This document shows positions 46,073 through 53,920 of a stretch of 64,000 bases of DNA, in pieces. The notes under the pieces were generated by a model that searched no databases, was not told the DNA's origin, and saw nothing but the letters and a program-made list of their open reading frames with translations. The position numbers and the translations under genes were made by a program. Numbering within the stretch: the first letter of the stretch is position 1; each line of letters starts with the position of its first letter. This DNA comes from an uncultured Lachnospiraceae bacterium (GTDB lineage Bacteria; Bacillota; Clostridia; Lachnospirales; Lachnospiraceae), in the NCBI GenBank assembly GCA_937891165.1, contig CALAEX010000066.1, positions 1,242 through 65,241 of the forward strand, read 5' to 3'.

Positions 46073-46938
46073 ATGGGCAAAAAGAGAGCTGAAGTAAAAC
46101 GTCTTAATTTTGACGTAGAAGCTTATAATGATGTCATTAATGGTAGAGGGTTCTTTGTTGTAGATCCGCCAGAAGTAGATATCGATGAGACCAGAAAGAA
46201 AGCTTTGTATGGTCCGCAATCGCCATTATATGGAAGCACCTTCTCTGATGAGCAGTCCTTCCAAGAACGTTACCGTTGTAAATGCGGTGAGTTCAAAGGA
46301 ACTATCTTTGAGGGGGAAACATGTCCGAAATGTAATACAAAAATCGAATTTCGTGATGTAGACCCTTACATGACAGGATGGATTCCTCTTGGTGCTAAGA
46401 AAATTATCGCACCACATTACTACCGTATTTTACAACAAGCTATCGGTAGAGAAGTTTTCCCAGAAATTATTTTCTTGAAAATGAAAGTAACAAAGAATGG
46501 AAGACGAGAAAAATTAACGGAAGAAGAGATGAAAGAATTCGAACCTAAATCTCCATTTTATGGAATTGGGTTAGAAGAATTTAGAGAAAGATATTTTGAG
46601 ATTATTGATTATTTTAAGAAGTTAAAACCTGCAAAAGCAGAGACTTTTGACCGTCTTAGAAAAGAGGTAAACTCTGTATTTACATCTCATATTCCTGTAT
46701 ATACCACATTACTTAGACAGCAGTCAGTTACCAGTGAGAACTTCTATTTTACCGGTATTGATAAACAGATTAATACTTGTGTAAACTTAGCAAGAAACTT
46801 ACGTGATTCGGAAGAAATTGAAACACCAGTTATCTTAAATAGAATTCAGTCCAGAGCAAATGCTATTTGGGAAGCTAACTTTGAGCTTCTTAACACAAAA
46901 GATGGATTAATTCGTGATCAGTTGATTGGTGGGTCGCT
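46073..46938 (+). CDS. RNA polymerase beta' subunit N-terminal half, exon 1 of 5
   Basis: ATG follows AAAGGAG. Zn-ribbon CKCGEFKG..CPKCNTKIE (compare rpoC CxCG..CxxC). Ends ..RDQLIGGS + ct. P1: ggtcgcT (46932-46938) with Ggtgacc (46948-46954). Confidence 0.9.
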
Positions 46939-47218
46939 TAACAGTTGGGTGACCTTAAACCTATCTAACTGCGGGAACGTATTGAAAGGGATTAATTACC
47001 AAATCATATCAGTAATGAATATGATGGCAAAGAGTAACTACCTTTGGTATGGTAAAAAGATTAATCACTAATATAATCCGCAACGAAGACTCTTTCATTA
47101 GAGTAACGCTCAACGACTATCGAAAGACTATTTTTATTAAAATAGAATCGAGTAGAGTAGGAGAAATCCGAAACGGTAGGCAATCTAAATATTAGATTGA
47201 AGATATAGTCTAAATATG
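46939..47218 (+). mobile_element. group I intron 5 (subtype A variant, no ORF)
   Basis: P1 as above. P10: agttg (46943-46947) with caact (47219-47223). Core: gctcaacGACTATcgaaag..ccgaaacggtagg..gaagatATAGTCtaa. The omega G is 47218. Confidence 0.88.
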
Positions 47219-47252
47219 CAACTTTACAGCACGCAATGTCATTGTTCCCGAT
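47219..47252 (+). CDS. RNAP beta' N-half, 34-nt micro-exon (L)NFTARNVIVPD
   Basis: Restores GGSLNFTARNVIVPD (compare GKRVDYSGRSVIxxxP). The last 7 nt, tcccgaT, pair with Gtcggga (47266-47272). Confidence 0.88.
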
Positions 47253-47680
47253 TGATCAAACGTAGGTCGGGATTAAACCTCTTTAATTGCGGGAACGAAT
47301 TTTATAATAATACTTACTAAATTATGATAGTGATATTATAATGGCAATGGGTAATTCCAAAGGTATAGTAAAAAAAGTATTATTTTAATCAATCCGCAGC
47401 TAAGCTTCTTGATTTAAATATAATATAAATGGAGGTGATTTATTGAATGAATTTGAATTAAAAGTCAATTTAGAATTGTATTCATTAAATGATTTGGATT
47501 TAGAGATTTGGAAAAATATAAATCAAGAAGAAAGTTCAACGACTATCGAAAACATAGTGTAAGAGAAATACTTATATGAAGAAGTGAGTAGAGTAGGAGA
47601 AATCCGAAACGGGAGGTATTGTATATCTGGTAATAGGATATACTTTAAAGATATAGTCTAATAATAATTTATTATTATTG
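47253..47680 (+). mobile_element. group I intron 6 (subtype A) with a degenerate homing-endonuclease remnant
   Basis: P1 at 47246-47252/47266-47272. Core: ttaaacctctttaattgcgggaac..aatccgcagc..gttcaacGACTATcgaaaac..ccgaaacgggagg..agatATAGTCtaa. The omega G is 47680. Confidence 0.88.
47443..47562 (+). pseudogene. remnant of an HNH-type homing endonuclease N-terminus inside intron 6
   Basis: GGAGGTG RBS followed by a 39-codon ORF (LNEFELKVNLELYSLNDLDLEIWKNINQEE...) that runs into the P7 core. EIWKNI resembles EKWRKI in the 13725 endonuclease. Confidence 0.4.
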
Positions 47681-47999
47681 CCATCATTAAAAGATAACCA
47701 AGTAGATTTGGGTTATAGCTGTTTTTATGTAATGTTTAAATTAAAGATTATCCATTATCTTATGAAGATTCATGATATTTCATTAGCGCAGGCTAATAGT
47801 ATTTGGGAGGAAGGATATTCTTTCGATCAAAGAATTTATGAAATCATGAAAATGATTATTGAGATTGAAAAGCCATCTGTTGTAATCAACAGAAATCCCA
47901 CACTCAATTACTATTCAATCATTTTAATGGATATACGTCAGGTAAAACCTGATAAGGATTGCTATACATTAGCAGTTCCATTAAGTATATTACCTGGGT
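47681..47999 (+). CDS. RNAP beta' N-half, exon 3 of 5
   Basis: PSLKDNQVDLGYS.. (compare P.L.L.QCGLP). VVINRNPTLNYYSI (compare LLNRAPTLHRLGI). Ends ..AVPLSILPG + t. The track Met at 47678 is intron sequence. Confidence 0.9.
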
Positions 48000-48291
48000 A
48001 AACAAATCTGCAATTGCTCAGGTTAAACCTCTTTAACTGTCTGGAAGTTATCAATACATATAAGTTACTAAACTAAGTAGAAATATATTAGTGATAGTGA
48101 AAATATTTATATGTGATATAATCAGCAGCGAAGATTCTTTAAGTAGAATAACGTTCAACGACTATCGAAAAGATGTATATGTGAATAACGTATATAGAAC
48201 TTAGTAGAGTAGGAGAAATCCGAAACGGGAGGTATTAAGTATCTTGTAATGAGATATTTAGTAAAGATATAGTCTAATAAAATATTTATTG
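48000..48291 (+). mobile_element. group I intron 7 (subtype A, no ORF)
   Basis: P1: cctgggT (47993-47999) with Gctcagg (48016-48022). P10: ctgca (48008-48012) with tgcag (48296-48300). Core: ttaaacctctttaactgtctgg..aatcagcagcg..gttcaacGACTATcgaaaag..ccgaaacgggagg..agatATAGTCtaa. The omega G is 48291. Confidence 0.88.
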
Positions 48292-48308
48292 TAAATGCAG
48301 ACTTCGAT
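48292..48308 (+). CDS. RNAP beta' N-half, 17-nt micro-exon (L)NADFD
   Basis: ta aat gca gac ttc gat completes ILPG-L-NADFD. Nt 48302-48308 form P1 of intron 8. Confidence 0.9.
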
Positions 48309-48540
48309 AAACCCGAAAGTCTCTGTCGAAGTAAAACTTCTTTAATTGCTGGGAACTCTTTAAATAGACAATCAGCAGCGAAGCTCTTAATAGAGAACGT
48401 TCAACGACTAGCTTTTATAGCGTAGGATACTATAAAATCTTTTAGTATTCGAAATGGGGAGCAACGAAAGTTGAAGATATAGTCTGATACCTTTAGGAAT
48501 AAAGGAAAGTGAATTCTAGATAAGAATTGTAAACGTAACG
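48309..48540 (+). mobile_element. group I intron 8 (subtype B, no ORF)
   Basis: P1: cttcgaT (48302-48308) with Gtcgaag (48325-48331). P10: gtctct (48319-48324) with ggagac (48541-48546). Core nearly identical to intron 3. The omega G is 48540. Confidence 0.9.
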
Positions 48541-48711
48541 GGAGACATTTTAAATATCATTGGAATTATGGACCCTGCTATCAAACATATGTTTAGAAAG
48601 TTTAATCCTATTAAATATATGATTACATCAAGAGATAGTGGATTACTCAATGATTATTTTGCAGTAACAAAAGGTCAGAAGATTGACTTATTCAACTTCT
48701 GTCATATGTAA
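48541..48711 (+). CDS. RNAP beta' N-half, exon 5 of 5
   Basis: Begins GDILNIIGIMDP, completing NADFD|GD. The joined 5-exon ORF is 1407 nt and in frame, with the stop at 48709-48711. Confidence 0.9.
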   Translation, partial: GDILNIIGIMDPAIKHMFRKFNPIKYMITSRDSGLLNDYFAVTKGQKIDLFNFCHM

Positions 48712-48720
48712 AAACTTTTA

Positions 48721-48760
48721 TTAGTGTACTAGGTATTTATCTAGTACACTAATATTTTTT
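48721..48760 (+). terminator. intrinsic terminator
   Basis: ttagtgtactag-8 nt loop-ctagtacactaa followed by tatttttt. Confidence 0.8.
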
Positions 48761-48779
48761 GAAGAAGGTGATATAAATT

Positions 48780-48962
48780 ATGACAACAGAATTAGTACCA
48801 ATGGAATTCTTAACTAGAATAAAATTAAAACTACTAGTAAATTATATGAACTATGTAAGTATTCATCACACATATCAATTTACCAATAAAAATGAAGTTA
48901 CTATTCATCTTGGAAAAGTTGAAATGGGTGTGATTGAAATAATAGTTAGAAAGGACGAATGA
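48780..48962 (+). CDS. hypothetical small protein
   Basis: AAGGTGA RBS and 60 codons. Overlaps the next gene by 4 nt. Confidence 0.5.
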   Translation: MTTELVPMEFLTRIKLKLLVNYMNYVSIHHTYQFTNKNEVTIHLGKVEMGVIEIIVRKDE

Positions 48963-49522
48963 TTATGATTGGAAAATATCAAGTAGCACATTTAATAGGA
49001 TCTACAGAAAATAATGAGACCCGTTTTCGAGATGCTGAAATTACCTTAACTAAAATGGGTTATATTTGTTTTAGACCAGTAATCTATAATCTTGATAGGT
49101 ATTTAAGATGTAAAGATTTGATTGATGATATGTGTAAAGAGAAACTTTTATTATGTGATATTTGTGTCGTAGTAACGCCTGAAAAAATAGGAGACTCTAC
49201 AAAACAAATGATTCAACAAGCTATTGAACTTGGAAAGCCGGTATATAAATTCACACGAGGAATATTACAATTATTTCAGGAAGAAGAATTGAATAGTAAA
49301 GTAATCAAATTTAAACCTGTAGAAATTAATTCTATAGATGCTGCTTATAATCTTATAAAGTTATATACAGAAAAACGAGATGAAACAAATTTGGATACCA
49401 GGACACTGACAATAACATTACAAAGGAGCAGAACAAATCCATCATTTTGTAAAGGGAAGTTTTTAGTTGATTTGGATAGTGGTAAAGTTATCCAAACGGA
49501 AAGTGAGGCGAATGAAAAATGA
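48959..49522 (+). CDS. DUF4406 / nucleoside 2-deoxyribosyltransferase-like protein
   Basis: GSTENNE..MGYICFRPV..MCKEKLLLCDICVVVTPEKIGDSTKQMIQQAIELGKPVY fits the family pattern (from memory). Confidence 0.6.
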   Translation: MIMIGKYQVAHLIGSTENNETRFRDAEITLTKMGYICFRPVIYNLDRYLRCKDLIDDMCKEKLLLCDICVVVTPEKIGDSTKQMIQQAIELGKPVYKFTRGILQLFQEEELNSKVIKFKPVEINSIDAAYNLIKLYTEKRDETNLDTRTLTITLQRSRTNPSFCKGKFLVDLDSGKVIQTESEANEK

Positions 49523-49980
49523 GTAGAATGAAACAAATTACTAGTGGATTAAATAGTGGAGGTATTATTTCTAAATCGAGTAATATCAATATTATCAATA
49601 GAAATAAAACTACTGTGGTTTTAAAAGGCGGTGAGATTAAATTGGTAGACAATCGTTACGATTTTCAATATTTAATTTCCAGTGAACTTAAAAAATCTAT
49701 TATTGCAAGTTTAGCCGATGGTTCAAATTTTACATACTTAACAAAAGTAAAAGATTATTTTTATGAAATTAGAGAAGAATTGATAAGATCTCAGGAAACA
49801 TATTCTGAACTAATTGAAAAAGAAGTTCGATATAATACTATAGATGCTGCAAAAGTATACGCAGAAAAGAAACTTATTGAAGCTATTACTGATGTGGTAG
49901 ATTTGGTTAATTATTTGGATTATTCTAATGAAGATATCAATCGTTTATTAACAAATCATTATTTACCAAATACAAAATAG
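49519..49980 (+). CDS. hypothetical protein
   Basis: ORF of 153 aa, overlapped in operon style. Confidence 0.65.
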   Translation: MSRMKQITSGLNSGGIISKSSNINIINRNKTTVVLKGGEIKLVDNRYDFQYLISSELKKSIIASLADGSNFTYLTKVKDYFYEIREELIRSQETYSELIEKEVRYNTIDAAKVYAEKKLIEAITDVVDLVNYLDYSNEDINRLLTNHYLPNTK

Positions 49981-50061
49981 ATACCAATTCACTATCAAAA
50001 TAACCATCTTTTAACTAAGGTTTATCTTAGTACTAAATAAGAAAGGTGGGTTATAAATACT

Positions 50062-50601
50062 ATGAAACGAGAAGTACTCCTTGAAAAATGGGAGGATGAT
50101 AAATATGAAAATTTATATTCTTTAATCCAGATTGACGTGATTTTAAGTCGGTATACAGAATTTTGTAAAGATGGTGGAAGAAGAAATATTACAGTATCTA
50201 TTGAGGAATTCGCAGAACTTATCCAAGTAATTACAAAAGATATGAGAGGATTTCCCGACAGATTTAATTATATTGAAGAATTGGCAGATGTAACTATCTG
50301 TGCTATTTATATGGTTCAAATCTGTGGTCTTAGCTGGGAAAATATTTCCGGTCGTGAAGACCCTGTAATTGCAAATCCATTAGACTGTATTAAATTATTA
50401 AATGAAGCACAGTCTAATTTAATTCAATGGTTGGATTCTTCTTGTTGCAAAAGATACTTAGAAGATTCTGTTAAAAACACTACTTCTGTAGTAGAATTTC
50501 TGATGAACCGTTGTAAAATCTCTAGAGAAGAGATTAACAAAATGATGTGTATTAAAATCGACAGAATTAATACGGTATTTAAAGAAAGACATCTTATATA
50601 G
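50062..50601 (+). CDS. MazG-like nucleotide pyrophosphohydrolase
   Basis: SIEEFAELIQV...YIEELADVTICAIYM fits the EExxE...ExxD pattern. Confidence 0.6.
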   Translation: MKREVLLEKWEDDKYENLYSLIQIDVILSRYTEFCKDGGRRNITVSIEEFAELIQVITKDMRGFPDRFNYIEELADVTICAIYMVQICGLSWENISGREDPVIANPLDCIKLLNEAQSNLIQWLDSSCCKRYLEDSVKNTTSVVEFLMNRCKISREEINKMMCIKIDRINTVFKERHLI

Positions 50602-50623
50602 AAAGAGCAGGTAAAGATACACT

Positions 50624-50917
50624 ATGAAAATTATAAGAGACGATGAAGGGTTTACACCTTATTTCTTAGCATGTGAAGTTAGAAGAACTGATCCTTGCTA
50701 TAAGTTTCTCAGCGAAAGCAAAGGTTCAAAACAATCTATCGTTATTGAGATTGTCGATAGCGATATTGCAGGATTAGTGTTACAACAACTAATGACATCC
50801 CCTGAAGCTCATAAGGCTTTAGGATTTAAAGTAAATAAAGTTTATCCAAATGAATCCCCAACTCTAAATAAAGAAGAGTTAAAAAGAGAATTCGCTAAAT
50901 GGATCGATAATCAATAA
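50624..50917 (+). CDS. hypothetical small protein
   Basis: ORF of 97 aa on the same strand as its operon. Confidence 0.65.
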   Translation: MKIIRDDEGFTPYFLACEVRRTDPCYKFLSESKGSKQSIVIEIVDSDIAGLVLQQLMTSPEAHKALGFKVNKVYPNESPTLNKEELKREFAKWIDNQ

Positions 50918-50940
50918 CTTAATATGGAAGGAATAAAAAT

Positions 50941-51267
50941 ATGAAAATAGAATTCAATAAATATGAAAAAGATTTTGAAACTAAATGTAGAAATGGTGAA
51001 GTTGAGATTATGCTTATTGATAAGCCGGGTAAATACACCATCGAACTTTTAGTAGAAAAAGAAGAAGATGTTGCAAAAGCAAATACATTTATTATGTCAT
51101 TAGCTTCCGCTAATAGACATCACAATGAATCTTTCGACGCTATTGGATGTAGCATGTCGCAATTTTATGTAGTACCGGTTATTGCGTGTAGTGAATTAAA
51201 AGAGTTACATAGTTCATTATCAAATTATGTAAGAATGCTTGAACAAAAAATAGGAGAAATAAAATGA
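50941..51267 (+). CDS. hypothetical small protein
   Basis: GGAAGGA RBS and an ORF of 108 aa. Confidence 0.65.
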   Translation: MKIEFNKYEKDFETKCRNGEVEIMLIDKPGKYTIELLVEKEEDVAKANTFIMSLASANRHHNESFDAIGCSMSQFYVVPVIACSELKELHSSLSNYVRMLEQKIGEIK

Positions 51268-51581
51268 CCGCTTTGGAAAGACTTATGAATGGAGAAGATG
51301 AAGGTCTTCAGATAGAAATCGAAAGTTTTGGAATTCGAAGTGAAGAAAGAGATACCACTGGTGATTTCTATAAAATAGATTTAACTTTTGACGGGAATGA
51401 ATCTTTTTGTATCAGAGCATTTTTGTTTGATCCGAAAAGAGAGATTGAATTAATTGACGTTATGGAAACTTCTTTTGGAAATCCTATCGATATGAGGGAT
51501 GGAAATTATGAATTAGAAATGAGTATTGATGAGTTCAATGAGAATTGTATTCAGATTGTATCTGACATCATTACCGGGTAA
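51264..51581 (+). CDS. hypothetical small protein
   Basis: 4-nt overlap with the upstream gene. ORF of 105 aa. Confidence 0.65.
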   Translation: MTALERLMNGEDEGLQIEIESFGIRSEERDTTGDFYKIDLTFDGNESFCIRAFLFDPKREIELIDVMETSFGNPIDMRDGNYELEMSIDEFNENCIQIVSDIITG

Positions 51582-51599
51582 AAGTAATAAAAATATAAC

Positions 51600-51609
51600 G
51601 ATATATTAT
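51600..51609 (+). promoter_or_regulatory. promoter-like motif GATATATTAT
   Basis: Lies 37 nt upstream of 51646. Confidence 0.4.
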
Positions 51610-51645
51610 TCTATTGAATAGAATACAGAAAGGAGAAACTGAATA

Positions 51646-52509
51646 ATGAGACGAAAAATCGAAACAAATTCTGATGCAGGAGAAGTTAAGAAACCAGCAC
51701 CAAGAAAACGCAGTACTTCCAAGAAAAGTACTACAACTGAAAAAGAAACTAAAATAGAGGAAATTCCCACTGAAGAGGTAAAGGAAAAAGAAAATAAACC
51801 GGATATTTCTGAAATGTCTGTTGCTGATTATTTCAACCTCGTAAAAAGTATGAAAAGAGAGACTGACTCTGAATATGCTCGTAAGATGTTAGAAACTTGC
51901 GAAGGAATGATTAAAAGATTTGAAGTTCTTGGTCAGAAAGAGGCATCGAAAAAGGCAGCTCTTGCTGCAAAAGCTTTGACAAAAGACTTAGAGCTTTATG
52001 AAAAGGGTATCCGTACTTATATTCATATTGATGATATTACGAAATACATCAAAGAAATGAAAGCTGATAAAAAGAAACCGTTGAAACTTATCGAATTGGA
52101 AAACTTTCCACGTATCGTTCCTGATGATGTGGTAGATAAATGGTTACCAGTTCGTGAGTACTTTGATGCAGCATATGTATTATTTACAGATTATACTGAA
52201 AATACAGAAGAAAAAAGTACAGTTGCTGCAGCTATGGGAAAACAGTCTACACAGGCTGAAGTAGAGAAAAAGAGAAAGGAAAAAGACCCTATTCTCTTTG
52301 GTGCTATAAAAGTCGATCCAGACAGAAACACATTAAAAGGAAACTGTTATGAAAAGATGTATTTCATTGCCGACTGGGTTGATGACTACTGTGATTTAAC
52401 TTTCGATAAGTTATTAGAGCGGCTTGCAGAAGAAGGTAAAACCGATATGATTCACAATATCGAACCTATTGAGAGTGCAGACGAATTTAGAAAATTCGCT
52501 GAACTTTAA
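51646..52509 (+). CDS. hypothetical protein (287 aa)
   Basis: AAAGGAGA RBS. Confidence 0.7.
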   Translation: MRRKIETNSDAGEVKKPAPRKRSTSKKSTTTEKETKIEEIPTEEVKEKENKPDISEMSVADYFNLVKSMKRETDSEYARKMLETCEGMIKRFEVLGQKEASKKAALAAKALTKDLELYEKGIRTYIHIDDITKYIKEMKADKKKPLKLIELENFPRIVPDDVVDKWLPVREYFDAAYVLFTDYTENTEEKSTVAAAMGKQSTQAEVEKKRKEKDPILFGAIKVDPDRNTLKGNCYEKMYFIADWVDDYCDLTFDKLLERLAEEGKTDMIHNIEPIESADEFRKFAEL

Positions 52510-52521
52510 GGAGGTATCTTT

Positions 52522-53379
52522 ATGGTAGGAAACTATCCTTTACCACCAGATATTGATTTAACAGAAGATGCCGTATTTCAGGGAAGAGATGGATTTATCA
52601 CTGCAGAAAATCATAATCTTCCTTGGGAGGAAGATAAACTAGCCAATTTCACATTTCGATATGTGAATGGTAGTTGGGGAAATTTTGAAATCGTCAGTGA
52701 TGACCTATGGACTTCAAATAGAAATTTTGATAGTGCCTTTACAACACGAGTTATAAACAGTACAGCTACTACAATTACTACAACAAATGGCACTAATCAA
52801 AGAGTTTTATCTACATCATCCAATCAATTATATTACAAAACATATTCATTTAATGGATTGGAATCGATGGCATATTGGACGATTGATTCCTATTTTGAGA
52901 AATTGGAAGATGTATTCCATAAATATTATACGGAAGCTTTAGGAAAAGAAATATCTCCAGTATATAATAAGTGTCTGCAAGAAATTGACATTAAAGAATT
53001 GATTGTACAAAAACAAAGCGATGATATCGAAGTAGTAGATATAACAGAATTGAAAGTTGACTATGAAAAAATAGCTCGCGAATATTTTATAAATAGTACA
53101 GTCCTTAGACGAAAAGTAGCATATCAGGAAATCGGTATACCATTTTCTCCATACGAACCGGATAAAGACACACCAGATGATTTAACATCATTCACTGGTT
53201 TGGACCATGGTAGATTCTATAAAAACGTTTTACCTTGGGAAGAGAGTGATAGTGGAGAAAATATCTTTCGCATAGAAACAAATGATAGTATAAATACTAC
53301 CGTTGTTGATACCTCTATTATTTCAGAATCTTTGGAAAGTTTGGTAAATCAGGATGATGTGGAGGTATTTATAGCATGA
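52522..53379 (+). CDS. hypothetical protein (285 aa)
   Basis: AAGGAGG RBS. Confidence 0.7.
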   Translation: MVGNYPLPPDIDLTEDAVFQGRDGFITAENHNLPWEEDKLANFTFRYVNGSWGNFEIVSDDLWTSNRNFDSAFTTRVINSTATTITTTNGTNQRVLSTSSNQLYYKTYSFNGLESMAYWTIDSYFEKLEDVFHKYYTEALGKEISPVYNKCLQEIDIKELIVQKQSDDIEVVDITELKVDYEKIAREYFINSTVLRRKVAYQEIGIPFSPYEPDKDTPDDLTSFTGLDHGRFYKNVLPWEESDSGENIFRIETNDSINTTVVDTSIISESLESLVNQDDVEVFIA

Positions 53380-53897
53380 AAAAGAATAAAATATATGATA
53401 ATGTGAATAAGAAGCTTGAGAATTCTCAAGCTTCTATTCTTCTTATCGAAGAGATTTCAGAACTCATTACTGAAATCTCTTTAATTATGGCGGATGAAGG
53501 TTCTATAGACCATTTAACAGAAGAAATTATTGACGTAGAAATTATGACAAATTTGGTAATGAGGACTTTCAAAATATCCAATAAAGACGTGAATAAATAC
53601 ATGGATAAAATTAGAAAGAAAGAGGATGTAGAAACAAACTTAATACGTCTATCTTTTAATAAAGATGAACTATTTAAAAAATGTATTAAACGTCTATCTG
53701 TCTTCCAGAAAACGATATGTAAAAAGAATAGAGGAAGACATAATAAAAAAGATATAGCAGAAGCCATTGCTTCTGTTAATATATCCCTTGAGGTATTGAT
53801 AGAAATTTGCGACGTGTCTGATAATAGATATGGCAAATGGAGATCAAAGAAACTCAAGAGACTCCAGAAACGGAGTAAGAAAAATAAAATAATTTAA
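53376..53897 (+). CDS. MazG-like nucleotide pyrophosphohydrolase
   Basis: LLIEEISELITEI...LTEEIIDVEIM fits the EExxE...ExxD pattern. Confidence 0.55.
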   Translation: MKKNKIYDNVNKKLENSQASILLIEEISELITEISLIMADEGSIDHLTEEIIDVEIMTNLVMRTFKISNKDVNKYMDKIRKKEDVETNLIRLSFNKDELFKKCIKRLSVFQKTICKKNRGRHNKKDIAEAIASVNISLEVLIEICDVSDNRYGKWRSKKLKRLQKRSKKNKII

Positions 53898-53920
53898 TAT
53901 ACAACAAGGAGAAAAGAAAA

